Shown in pieces: positions 23,626-36,745 of a stretch of 64,000 bases of DNA. The DNA comes from Isurus oxyrinchus (taxonomy: Eukaryota), in NCBI GenBank assembly GCA_026770705.1, contig JANJGN010000036.1:744001-808000 (forward strand), read 5' to 3'. The translations under genes and the position numbers were made by a program. Numbering within the stretch: the first letter of the stretch is position 1; each line of letters starts with the position of its first letter. The notes beneath the pieces are model-generated. The model did no database searches. It saw only the letters and a program-made list of their open reading frames with translations, and was not told where the DNA came from.

Positions 23626-26600
23626 TCATCTGCGAACCGCCCTCTCTTTTGATCTTTTATCCAATGCAGTCATGTCAAGGGAGGCGTAGAGAGGTCCGCC
23701 TTGAGTCTGGGAGACATAAGAAACATTTACAGTGAAAAGTAGTTAAAAGATAAGTAAGACTACCCACTCCTGCACCCGTGTTTCATAGGATTATAGAATG
23801 ATACAACACAGAAGGAGGCTATTGAGCCCATTGTGTCTGTGCCAGCTCTTTGAAAGAGCTATGCAATTGCCGCCATTTTACCCTTCTCTACCCGATAGCG
23901 CTGACATGGTTTTCCGCTTCCAGTGGATCATCTAGAAAGTTGCTATTGAATTGGTTGCCATCCACACAATTTGAAGAATGTTTTCTTCAATTATATGTGA
24001 ATGATCCGAGATGATGAATCTATCAATCTGATAGGATTCCTGTGCTGTTAATTGGCCAATCCGATTCCATGTGCCATCTACACAATTGCGTGAAGTCCAC
24101 AGAATTCATCACATTCAGAAGAATCACAAAAACGCAATCAAAAGACTTTTATTTATATAGCACCTGTTCGGAGCTGTACAAGCCACAGAACATGTACATC
24201 CACTTTGTTGAAATGAAGTCTCTGTTCTTAATGCAACACAGCAGCGAATTTAAGTACAGTAAGCAGCAATGAATTAATGACCTGGATAATTTATGTTTAA
24301 AGATGCTGGTTGAGATAAAATAAGAGACTGGACACCAGACAGAATACCACGCACAGCCCCCACCAACCCCCCCCACCCCCGAAACCAACTTCCACCCAAC
24401 ACCCCAGCACTTTTCTTCTTGCAATAGTGGCTGTGCCATTTTTATGCCGACCTGACAGGGGAGATAGGGCCTCTGTTTAATGTTTTATGTGAAACTGGGA
24501 CCTCAGACAGTGCAGCATTCGGTCTGGAGGTTCAGTATAGACTTTCTTTTCAAGTCTCTGGACACACACACAAAGACACACAGACACAATCACACACACG
24601 TAAACACACACACACATACAGACACAAATACACACATAATTATCTTCTGACCAAATTTATCCCTTAGCCCACTGACAACAGAAACACGTTTTGACTTATC
24701 CATAAAAATCCGATGGGTTTGGTCTTATCTTCATTGTAATTCCATTGGCGAATGCAAAAAACTAAATCGGTTGGGTTGGGGGATGAACAAAGGTGGGGAA
24801 CGAGGGAAGGGATTAGACTCACTGTAGAGAAAAAAGAAAACAGCAGAAACCTAAAATACCAACGACTGGAGGCCAGCTGTTAAGTCTGATGGAGACATTC
24901 CAACCGGAAAATTACCCAATTCTTTCTACTATCAGATGGGGCGAGGGGCTGGGAGATATAGACTCAGAGCTTCATAGAGTCATAGAGGCCTTTGGCTTAG
25001 AAAAATGACCCTTCCGCACTCCGAGCTAACGCCTGCCAAACAAGTGACTAACTATTTAAAACCCATTTTCCAGAACTAGACCCAAAGCCTTGCATGTCAT
25101 GGCATTGCAAGTGCACATACAAATACTTCTTAAATGTTATGAGGGTATGTGCCTCTACCACACTTTCAGACAGCGAGTTCCAGATTCCCATCACTCTCTG
25201 GGTGAAAAAAATCTTTCTTACATTCCCTCTAAATCTCCTGCCACCAACCTTAAATCTATGCCCCCTGGTTATTGATCCCTCCAACATGGAGATAATTCGC
25301 TTCCTTTCTACACTATGTATGCCCCTCACGATGCTATATAACTCAATGATGTTCCCCCTTAATCTTCTCTGCTCCAAGAAAAATAATCTCAGCCTATCCA
25401 ATCTCTCCTCACAAATAAAACTCTCCAGCCCAGGGAACACCCTGGTAAATCTCGTCTGCACTCTCTCTAGTTCAATCACATCCTTCCTTTAAAGCAGATT
25501 CCAGAACTCTACACAATACTTTTGTTGTGGCTTCACTAGCGTCTTATACATTTCCAGCATAAAATCCCTACTTTTATATTCTATGCCTCGGCTAAAAAAG
25601 GCAAGAATCTCAAGTGCATTCTTAACCACCTTATCTACCTGTCACGCTAAATTAAGGGATCGGTGGACATGCACACAAGCTTCCTCTTATCCTTGGTACT
25701 TCCCAGGGTCCTCCCATTCACTGTGTATTCCCGTTTCTTGATTGCCCTGCCCAAGTGCATCACCTCACACTGTTCCAGATTAAATTCTATTTTTCACTGA
25801 TCAGCCCATCTGACCAGCCCGTCTATATCCTCCTGTAATCTAAGGCTATCCTCCTCACGATTTACCACCGCACCAACTTTCGTATCATCTGCGAACTTAC
25901 TGATGAACCCTCCTACATTAAAGTCTAAATCGTTCAAAAATACCACAAGCAGCAAGGGACGCAACACTGTTCCCTGTGGAACCCCAGTGGACACAAGCAT
26001 CCAGTCACAAACATGTCTCTCGGCCATCACCACCTGCTTCCTGCCACTCAGGCAATACTGAATCCAATTTGCCAAATGTCCTTGGAACCCATGGGCTCTT
26101 ACCTTCATTGTCAGTATCTCATGCGGGACCTTATCAAAAACCTTGCTGCAGTCCAAGTAGACCACGTAAAATGCGTTGCCCTCATCTACAAGCCTGGTTA
26201 CCTCTTCGAAAAATTTAATCAAATTGGTCAGACTTGACCTCCCTTAACAAAACCATGCTGACTGCCCTTGATTATTCCATGCTTCTCCAAGACTACATTA
26301 ATTCTGTACCTCAGGATTGCTTCCAATAGTTTCCGCAGCATTGAGGTTAGACTGATTGGCCTGTAGTTCCCTGGTTTATGCCTTTCCCCCTTCTTAAATA
26401 ACGGTACCAAATTGGCTGTGCTCCAGTCCTCTGGCACGTCTACCGACAGGTGGAAATGATTGGCAGCGCCCCTGCTAACTCCTCCCTTGCCTCACTCAAC
26501 AGAATGGGATACATTTCATCCGGGCCTGGAGATCTATCTACGTTTAAGCCTGCTAGACCACTTAGAACCTCCTCCCTTTCTACGCAAATTTATTTTAATA

Positions 26601-29600
26601 TATCTCAGTACTTCTGCCTGATTTCCTCCGTTGTTCCTCTCACTTGTGGACACCGACACAAAGTATTAATTTAGAAACCTAACTTCGTCTTCGGTGCACA
26701 TGCAAGTTACCACTATGGTCCATAATGGGCCTTAGTCTTTCCCCTGTTATCCTGTTACTTTTAATGTACTTGTAAAATCACTTTGGATTTTCCATTTTCT
26801 TAACTGCCAATTTTTGTCCATGCCCCTTTTTGCTCTTCTAATGTCCTTTGTAATTTCCCCCATACACCATAAACGTCTAGGCCTTCCGCTGTTTTGAGCC
26901 CTCAGTGTCTGCCATATGCCTCCCATTTTCCTTTTATTCAATCCTGTGTATCCCTCGACATCCAGGGTTCCCTATATTTATTTGTCCCACCCCTTGTCCT
27001 TACTGGAATACGTTGGCCCTGTACTCTCCCTATTTCCTTCTAGAATGAGTCCCACTGCTCTGATGCAGATTTACCTAAAAGAAGCTGCTCACAGTCAACT
27101 CTGGTGAAATCATATCTGATCTTATTAAAATGCACCTTCCCCCAATATATAGCTCTGATTTCTGGCCCATCCTTGTGCTTTTCCATAACAATCGTAAATC
27201 TAACGGAGTTACGATCACTATCTGAAAAATGCACCCCCCACCCCCGCCACTGAAATCTCTACCACTTCCCCGGCGTCATTCCCTAAAATTAGGTCCAGGA
27301 TCGTCGCCTCTCTTGTAGGGTCTTCTAATTATTGGCTTATAAAGCTCTCCAGGATGCATTTTAAGAATCCCATTCACTCTGAACCTAGCACACTATGGCT
27401 AATCCACTTCATGTTGGGGAAGTTGAAATCTCCACTAATACTATCCTATTTTATTTACACTTCTCTGAAATGGGCCGACATATCTGCTCTTCTACATTTC
27501 TCTGATAGTTTGGGGGCCTATATTATACTCCCAGCATTGTGATTCCTCATTTTTTGTTTTTATGTTCTACCCATATGGCTTCATTTGAGGAGCCTTATAA
27601 ACCGTCCCTCCTTACTGCAGGAATTGATTTCTTGAACAATATTGCGATACCCCCTCCTCTTTTACCTCCTTCCCTGTCTCGCCTGAGGACCCTATATCCT
27701 AGAATATTGAGCTCCCAATCATGTTTCCCTCTCAACCATGCCTCTGTGACAGCAAATACATCACACTTCGACGTGTTAATTTGTGCCCTGAACTCTTCTG
27801 CCTTATTCATCAGGCACTTTGCAGTGAAATAAATATCATCCAACCTTGCCAAGCTGCAGTTAGATTTTGATTCCAGCTCGAAGGATTTTAAACAAATTCA
27901 GATGCTCTAGACTGTGACCCGCTATCTGATAAATGCGCGAATTATCCAGTAAGGGAAGCCTTGCACCTTATCCCAAAACGTTCTTGCACGTTATTATCTT
28001 AATTTCAAAAAACGCACCTGTATTGCATCCCGATGTGTCCAATTTGCCTCTGTTTGACAGTGGTCACCTGTGTTATTAATGGTTAAGATATGAATTAAAA
28101 TGTTATCCCAGTCTGGCGAATATATAATTTTACAGATACAGCATTCGCCAATGATTTGCCAATGCACCAATATCCCCAATTCATCCATGTGCCCCATGCC
28201 TCACCGGATCCCCAATCCACGGAATTTCCCCCATATGTGAAAGGTCCCTCAATACTTCAGTGGAGTGAAAATCGCCAATGCATGGACAAGCACTATCTGC
28301 CTACCTTGCCTGGGGTCCATTGTCCATCCGGTATATTACTGTCACTATGTGGAACGAGCAATTGGCATTGTGTATGGGAACCGGAGACAGCAGAGTGATT
28401 GTGAACATTTTGATGGCGGGAAATTCTCTGATGCATCTTTCCAGTGCCACCCACTTGACATTTAGTCTATGGTAACATTCCAATGCAACTTACCCGTTTC
28501 ATGCCCATTCTGCCCCTCTCTTTGTCTTCTCTCTCTCAAACTAATACTGAATATGAAGAAAAATATCAAACAGTTGTTATGTTTTATAAATCCTGGCTCA
28601 GGTGCCAGAAAAAGCTGCGAAGGGAATTGTCAAATGGTCTCAGCATCGATCTTAAAAACTCATGGAACATGTCAGCGTATGTCATTGAAATCAGGTTTGG
28701 GGTTGAAGTGGGTTAGACACAGTGTTAAATAGAGGGAGGGTGCTTAGGATGAACTTTTCAAATGGCTGTTACTCACTTTTCACTGTGGGATCTCTTGTCT
28801 CGTTCTCCTGAAAGGAGAAATTAAATTAGCAATTTAAAACCACGAGAAGGGAATCAGATGAGACAAACGATTATTAAATTATCCCTGATAAAGATTAATC
28901 CTCACCTGATCTGCCTCTTTTATGAATCCAAATGGAAATAAGGACCAAGAGTAGAACCAGCATCACAAGGACAGTTATAACAACAGGAAGAGCCGGATTA
29001 CACCATCCTACAGGAACAAAACACTTAGAAACTCCTGCTTGGTAAAATCATCCTTTTCTGGGACTCCCTGATGGGAAACTTGACGCAAATAGAATCCCTG
29101 AAGCAGCCCATTGGGATGGTCGTGCCAGTGCTGGCTCTTTGAAAGAGGTATTTAATTAGTCCTATTCTCTTTGGTCTTTCTCCAATATCCCTGGCAATGT
29201 TCTTCCATCAGGTACTTAACCGGTTCCCCTTTTGAAAGTTGCTATTGAATCTGCATCTACCGCCCTTTCTGGCAGTGCCTTCCACATCACAACAACTCGC
29301 TTAGCTAAATAAAATTCTCCTCATCTGCCCCTCTGCTCCTTTTGCTGATTACCTTCAATCTGTGTCCCTCTGGTTACCGACTCCCCTGCCAGTGGAAATA
29401 GTTTCTCCTCATTTACTCTATCGAAACCCTTCATGATTTTGAATGCCACGATTAAATCTCGCCCTCAACCTTCTCTGCTCTAAGGAGAACATTCCCAGAT
29501 TCTACAGTCTCTCCACATTAACTGAAGTCCTTCATCCCTGATCCCATTCTGGTAAATCTCCTGTACACCCTCCACAAAGCATTCTTGGCTATTCCCTGCT

Positions 29601-31138
29601 TGTAAAATGCATCCAGTGTGGAACTTGCCTCAATTTCGTTCCAACATTCAATGCCTGAAACGGGCGGTTGAAATACGTTCAACAATAAATTTCAGAAGAG
29701 AAATCACATTCTGACTTGAAGAGGAAAATTTGATAGTGTTGTGGGGAAAGGGTGGATCCGATTGGATAACTCTTACAAAGAGATAGCACAGGCACGATTG
29801 GCCGAAATCCCTCTTTCCACATCCATCGTTCTTAGGATTCTGCGATGTGCCGGAGAAACATAAGTCAAGCCCATAAATTGCGAAACAGCACAAATCTACA
29901 CCTGGGGCTAAGGTAAGCCTAACTTATTTTAACATATTCATAAGGTGTATATTTATAGTTTAATTTACAGCCTGCAGGTTCTCAGCAGCTAATGAATTTC
30001 ACCAATTGACTCTAAAGCCGCATTGAAGCGTCCATTGAACCGATCACCAACTCACCTCTCCCTGTCTCGGTTGCTTTGGGGAACGACACGCTTTTTGTCA
30101 AATATTTGTTTGGAGACCCCAGTTGAACAATACAGGTGCAGACACAGCCGGTTTTCCAGGTTTCCCTCGACACCATGATGTGACTGCTGATACTGTAAGT
30201 CCCGTCAGCCTCCCTTGTTCCGGGATCACTCGGTCCCTCTGTGACCAGGCCAGAAATTTTCCAGAAGACAATAATCTGGTTGGAAGAAACTCCACTGACC
30301 AAACACACTAAGGGGAACGTTTCACTCAAATGCAGGTCACCCGGCGGGACAAACACCAGCACAGCCGTCTTGTTGGTGGAACTGTCTGGACAAAGATTGG
30401 GACACAGTTAACGATTAATTTGCACCAAATGTTAATGATCTGCATTCCTTTCAGTTACTCACTTACCTCCAACCAGTAATGCGGGTCCATTCTGAAGCGG
30501 TGCATTGCTACCCCTACGAGCACAGTAGTAGGAACCCGAGTCATTCACAAGGACATTGCGAATTTCCAGAATCAACACATATCCGCTGTTGCCTTTTTTG
30601 GAAATAAACTTACAACCGGCTCCCTGACAGGACTGGGTATCGATTAGTTTCGGGGCTTCACCCACATATTGTTTGTACCAGAAATAGCTGGACACCAATT
30701 CCACTTCGTAAATGCAGTGACAGGATAATTCCACCATCTCTCCGACTTCAGCTGTCATTATGAAGGGGCCTTGAGACAGAGAGGGCTCGGATTCTGTAAC
30801 CAGAGAGATTATTGTTATTGTAGTTTGGTTAATGGGAGATTGAAAGCAGCCGCTTTGAAAGTCTTCGCTTGTAATTTTGCAGCAGCTACATCATAGTTTA
30901 TAATTATTCGCGGATAGATTAATTCACCAATATGTTTTTATTCGTCTTATAGGAGAAAACAGTAAATGATCTCCAATGATCAGGTCAAATCCTTTCACCT
31001 GGCCACTGGGTCACATTTTCAGATTAGTGAACACTGATTCTGGCTGAATTCAGTTTAAATATTCTCACCTGCCTCTTACTCACCATAAATCCGCAGCACT
31101 TGGAAAAGGAGCATCAGGGATAAAGATCCATTGGACAT
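23626..31138 (-). CDS. Gene A2: intact non-rearranging VJ-C1-TM Ig-superfamily receptor with cytoplasmic YxxL, 321 aa, 7 exons
   Basis: Exons (minus strand): 31138-31084 (MSNGSLSLMLLFQVLRIY); 30793-30467 (V-J: LSCHC..FWYKQ..GEAPKLI..DSGSYYCARRGSNAPLQNGPALLVG); 30385-30056 (C1); 29007-28906 (GWCNP + TM ALPVVITVLVMLVLLLVLISIWI + HKRGRS); 28807-28777; 28344-28305; 23706-23626 (TQGGPLYASLDMTALDKRSKERAVRR*). GT-AG introns with phases 1,1,1,1,2,0; 966 nt open. The 40-nt exon is the least certain. Confidence 0.85.
24150..24565 (-). mobile_element. Deu-domain SINE, decayed
   Basis: Reverse-strand tail tttatttatatagcacct and body gacctcagacagtgcagcattc. Confidence 0.6.
24975..27860 (-). mobile_element. 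Decayed CR1-clade LINE ORF2 in the last intron of A2
   Basis: Minus-strand ORFs with AVTEAWL, NYRPISLTS, FDKVPH, GVPQGTVL, KFADDTK, LERVQTRFTR. Confidence 0.92.
30056..30385 (-). CDS. A2 C1-set constant domain exon
   Basis: ORF 30012-30362: VFVPP..LVCLVSG..VFW..DGTYSISS..ETWKTG..CTCIV. Confidence 0.92.
30467..30793 (-). CDS. A2 germline-joined V-J exon
   Basis: ORF 30459-30758; V-set Cys, WYKQ and YYC, degenerate J motif LQNG; ttacag| acceptor and G|gtaagt donor. Confidence 0.92.
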
Positions 31139-31920
31139 CTTGCCGCTGCGATTTCTCCCTGTTTTCGCTCTCACCAGTTTGTTTCTGCAGACGGAGTGGA
31201 CGCACACTGATCTGAGCTCAGTCCCAGTGAATTTCTCCCCTTTCAGATGTGGTGGAAGCTATGACGAGCTATGCTATGGAATGTGTGATACTATTTTGGG
31301 TGCGGCGCCCTGATGAATGTCACATGCGCTGGACTTACTGTGGTCACCGTCTGTGCGTCACAGCGGTCAAGTGGCAGCATGTCTATAAAGAACTTTACTG
31401 TGTTGTCGTTCAGAGGGTGTGACAGAATAATAATTGTATGGATGAATGCTCAATATTGTAATTAAAGTTTAATTCTAGTTTAACCATCCCCAATTGTCAT
31501 TGAGAATGTGGCGGTGAGCAAGTTTTAAAAACCTCTGTCGGGCCGCTCCTCAGTCTTGTCTTCCGAGAAAAGAGACCTAACCCGTTCAGTCATTCCTGTC
31601 AGTTGTAACCTCTTAGCCCTGGCATCAGCCTTATCAATCTTGTTTGCACCGTCTATTGTGTCTCGATATTCCTTTTATTAAATTGAAATCAGAAATGTGC
31701 ACTGTTAGCCCAAGTGTGCTTCTGACAAGGTTCTGTAAACGAAAATAACTTCTCTGCCTTTCTGTTATATTCCTCCCCAAACAAGTTCCAGAGCTGATTT
31801 GCATTTTTTCCAATTAAGATCACAGGTAATTGCACCAACGGGAGCTTTCTCTTTAAGTATTCAGAGAGCGAATGAACCAACAGTTTGATCAGCTTCAGAA
31901 ACAGACCAGGACCTGAGGCC

Positions 31921-32080
31921 AAGACAAAAGCAACATTTTGGGTGCTGGAAATGTGTAATGAAAACAGAAAACGCTGGGAAAACTCAGCAGGTCTGGCAGC
32001 ATCTGTACAGAGAGAAAAACAGAGAAAACGTGTCGAACCTTCCTGCTGACATTTTCCAGCATGTTCTATGTTTTTATTTC
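31921..32080. mobile_element. Older decayed relative of the same hairpin element
   Basis: Contains aaactcagcaggtctggcagcatc, matching the 17167 element, plus a partial inverted arm. Confidence 0.65.
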
Positions 32081-35000
32081 GGAACCTGAGGCCTCTGTTT
32101 ACCGATTTGTATTTAGCCCCCGAAAGAAGATCACGCTCCCGCATCCTACTGTTGAGTGAACGGCTTCACTGTAAATTACCGGGGCACAACCGACTCACAT
32201 AACACAGCGGCGGATGTGGGGTCTTTGGGAACTTTTCTTTTAAGCGGTATCGGAGCATATTTATTTTGCATTTATCTTCCTAAATCGCTCACTTAGGAAT
32301 GTTTCTTCATCGTGGAAGAACAGTAAACACGATTTTAAATAAAGCGCCACAATAAGGAAACGATTTTAAACCCCGAATACATAATGGAGATTTTTCCCTG
32401 TTTGTAATCTGTTAGTAACCTCGGGAATAAAGATTTCCGTCGGGCGCCATTCCCAGTGGAATTTTGCAGGTTTTCCTAAGTATCCGCGTTAGGGTTTAAT
32501 AGAGCCTAATTCTCAGAGGGAATTCAGCACAAGCCGGACAGAAAGTCTCCGGGAATCTGTGAAAACAAAATCCTCTACTGGAGTGAAGCTGAGGGACAGT
32601 TTATAACAATCTGATATAAACACACACTTCCCTTTGGATTTTGTTGAAAGCAAGAGTCTGCTAATTAATTTTTAGTCGTTCATGGGATATGAATGTCGCA
32701 AACCAGGCCAGCATTTATTGCCTTCCCTAATTGCCCCTTGAGAAGGTGGTGGTGAGCCGCTTTCTTGAACAACTTCAGTCCATGTGGTGTAGTTACACCC
32801 GCAGTGCAGTCAGGGAAGGTGTTCCAGGATTTTGACCCGGAGGCAGTGAAGGAACTGCGATCTAGCTCCAAGTCAGGTTAGTGCTTGTCTTGAAGGGTAT
32901 TTGGAGGTGCTGGCGCCCACATGCTCCCTCTGTACCTGTCCTTCTAGGCAGAGGCAGGCTTGGCGATTGGTTGCAGTGCTGCCTGTGTATAGATAGTACA
33001 AGCTGCAATCTCTCTGAGCCTATGATGAAGGTAGTGCATCAATTGTGAATAATATTGGGGATCAGATTTTTTTTTCAAATACCGGGCATCGCAGACAAAG
33101 AGCGACCCGGCGTCAGGTCGATGAGGATACTGTAAATGAGGCCAATGTACTCCAGCCTGTTCTCTGTTCAGCTGAATCTCGAGTGGGCGGCAAAGCCTCT
33201 TCTGTCTGCGGTTTAACATTGAGTCAAATGCAGGCGATTCTGTACATGAAGCGCCTCAACTGTAAAAACAAGAAATCCACCAAGGGCCCCTGGACCGAAT
33301 ATAATTTTCCATCTCTAGCGAAAACCGTTTAGAATCTCGGCCAGCGATTTACGCCAATCGATGTGATTTGCACAGCCCCGGAAAGGGCTGTGAGCCAGGT
33401 GTCTTTCTGAGCCCCACAGTAAACAGCCGCGGTCACAGCCAATGCGCCTCTTTGTTGCCCAGCCCATTGCAATATTTAAACCAGATGGATTTTGATAGAC
33501 GTGTCCACACAGCAGCAAAGTCCTGATGGCAGCAAAGTCCACTGACTCGCTTCTTTGTTATTCAAGGTCAAGAATTTCTGCAGAGCAGTTCAGACATTCA
33601 GTAAGGCGCAACACTCCCTGCTCATTTTCGAACCCATTCTGCCAGTATTTCATTCTACCAGGTTAGTCACATTAAGATAAATGTTTCTCGCTCTTCTCTC
33701 CCAGCTTCCGTTCCTCAGAATTCTTAAGGTTCCTTGGCATGTGTTCCTGTGGAGCCTTGCAGAGAATTTGCAGCATGGATTTCCTGCTTTTACTTTATGA
33801 TTGGTTCAAGATTACCATGAGGTAGTCCCAGAAAATAAAAATTTTACCCAGCAACAATTTCCAAGTAATTCGTGTCGGTTGGGATGGTGCATTTTGATCC
33901 TTTTCCTTAACTCTCATCATTATCCGGGTTCTACTCTTTATCCTCATTCGGGTTTGTGTTCAATAAAGCAGCTGATCGGGTGAGTATTGATGTTTAACAG
34001 GGACATTTTCACAACGTTTGTTTAATATGCATCGTTTTTGACTATTAATTACAGTTTATTGATTCAGAAGCCTGAGCGAATGCTTCCCACACAAAAAAGC
34101 GAGTAACTGAACTATTAAAGAACTAGTAAAGTTCTTCACTAACAATATCGCTGTATTTAACGCTGAGTCAAACCAGTTCAGTCCAAACACCCATTCGCAT
34201 GGTAAAGATCTTTTAATATTCCCCATGTTATTTTCAGATTAATTCTCAGACCAATCAGCAATTCCCATCTCAGTATTTATTCCACGTGACCAAAGGTTAT
34301 AAGAAAAATCGGAGTACGAGTTGGCCCTCGATCCTGCTCCGCCATTCAATAGGTTTTTGGCTGATCTGGTTATGGCCACAAGTGCCCTTTCCTGCCCATA
34401 ACCCTGGGACCACTTGTCAATCAGATATCCGCCCAAATCAGCCTTGAATACATTCAGTGGCCCAGACTCCAATGCTCTCTGGGGAAGCGAATTCTAAAAA
34501 AATAACAATTAACTGAGAGCACAAATTCCTCTGCTTCTACGTATTTAAAGGGAGATCATTTATTCTGAAACTGTGCCCCTAGTTCTACATTCCCCACACG
34601 ACGCTGAACAGCTTCACAACATCTACCCTATGCAGCCCCCCCAGAATGTTACATGTTTCAACAAGTTCACCTCTCATCCTTAAATTTGCAACCAGTAATG
34701 TTTGTTTGATATTTTTTGTCTGCATACAGCTTTAGTTTTCAAGCAATATATCACCCAGTTAACAGTAGTTATTAGGAGTCTGTAATGATTATCTTCATTT
34801 GCACCACAATCCCTATTATCGCTCTATTGGAAACTCACTGTCACTAAAGAATGGAAAAATAATTTAAGGCTTATGGAGTAATGCTTTTGGCAGACTCTTT
34901 GTGCAGGAATGGATTTGGCTGTATTGAAAACGCCGCCAATAGGAAAAGAGGGAAAACTCGAAGGGATTCTCTTAGGTTCCGAAATGGAAGTTGGCCGGGT

Positions 35001-35502
35001 CTCTAATTTACCTGTCAGCATAAAACATCGGAGACTCTCAACCAACAACGTAACTATTGTAAACTGGGGGTGGTTAAGAGAAGTTGTTATTTTGAGTGGA
35101 GGGAGATGAACTATTTTCTAATGTTTGTATGTGGTGAGCTTGGTAGATGGGGACTGGTGGGGGGTGGGGGGTTGGGGGAGATGGTGTGGTGGGGCGGTGG
35201 GGCATTGAGTCCAGAACAAGGGATCTTTAACTGTAAATTAGGGCAGGCCATCCAAGGGTGATATCCAGAAGCAGTCCACCCCGTCCTTCAAAAAGTGGCT
35301 GCTGGGACATTACGTTACTGTGTGCTAGTGAAAACATGATGTATGTGTGGTGACGGTTCAGGCACGTGAAGACCTCTCCAATTGATGGGTAAAAGTTGAC
35401 TAACACAGACTATGTAAAAAAAAAGACGCACACACACTCCACAGACAACTTCACCTTGTGGAAACTGGATACTGTCGTAATCACTCTCATTATGCGGAGC
35501 CT

Positions 35503-35668
35503 CCCTCACTTGTACAGGTACATTATCCTGTGTGTGTGAATTGTTATCTATTACAGATATGTAGGACACAATGATCCTCTCTAAAACCCTCACTTGCACA
35601 GGTACATTATCCTGTGTGTGTGAATTGCTAACTCTTACAGATATACAGGACACAGCGATCCTCTCTAT
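35503..35668. repeat. Two-copy 84-bp tandem repeat
   Basis: ccctcacttg(t/c)acaggtacattatcctgtgtgtgtgaattg at 35503 and 35587. Confidence 0.9.
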
Positions 35669-36414
35669 ACCCTTCAGGAATCAGGGTGCTGCTCCTCCAT
35701 TTTGGTTTGCAACACAAACACGGGTATTTATGACCTAATTATGCAGGGGCCCAGGCTAATTTCAGGAAGGAGAGAAAGGAGATACAGCAAACTGTAAACA
35801 ATCTGCAGAGGCTCTCTTTCCTTTCACGATTTGATTTAAAAATAAATAAACAGAAGACGACAACGAGTAGTGGCTGGGCTTGGGGTGGGTGGGGGTGGGG
35901 TGGGTGGGGGAGGGGTTGGGGTTGGTGGTGGTGGGTGTGGGAGAGCGCCTGGATTTATAGAAGGTTATGAAGGGCGTTGGAGCGACCCTGTGTGGACAGG
36001 ACGGGGAAACAGGACCAATTAAATTCACGGTCAAACGATCCCTGCTGTAAAACGTTGAACTCTGATGGAATTATTGTTCTCCCCTAGAAATAATGAGCGT
36101 CCCTTTGGAGCTTTGCTACCATTTGGGCACTCCTTCCAAGGCTTTCATATCCCATCTTTCTTCATTCTTTATCTTCCTTGTTATCCGGCCCCACAAGTTT
36201 GTCTTTTATGCAAATTTCACCTTCCCTCCTCTCTCCATAAAATCATTCTCTGGAACATAATTTTGCAGTTTTCAGTCTCATTAAAAGGACCTGGCCACTC
36301 GGTGCCCTCTTTTAGCATGAAATCTTTGCTTTTAATAATAAAGGCTGATGTGAATGTCTATAGTGCCATCCACAACCCCAGGGCATCCACTAGCGATTGA
36401 CAGTTAATTTAGTT

Positions 36415-36745
36415 CTTTTTGAAATGCCATCTGTGTTGTAATGTGGGAAACGCAGATGCCAATTTGCGCCAAGCAACCCCCACAACCATCCGTGTGAGAA
36501 TGGACAGAATTGACTGACAGGTAAATATTGGTCCCAGAACACAGGGGATTACTTTATCTCCTCCTAGAATGGTGTCAGTTGGGACGATTGCATCCACCTG
36601 AAATGGCTGACAGGCACACGATTTTAAATCGCACCTGAGAAACAGCTCCTTCCATTCTACAGCCCTCTCTCAGCATTTGTACTGGGAGCATCGCTCTCTG
36701 GAGTGGGACATGAACCCACAACTTTCATATTCAGAGGTGAACGGG
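36415..36745 (-). mobile_element. Deu-domain SINE, decayed
   Basis: gttgtaatgtgggaaacgcagatgccaatttgcgc core and gagtgggacatgaacccacaac head. Confidence 0.65.

Noticed and set aside
24822-24885. Possible extra A2 exon (cag|ACTTAAC..CTACA|gtgagt)
   Set aside because: 64 nt; it does not preserve the frame to the paralog-supported YASL reading, whereas 28344-28305 does. At most a cryptic exon.
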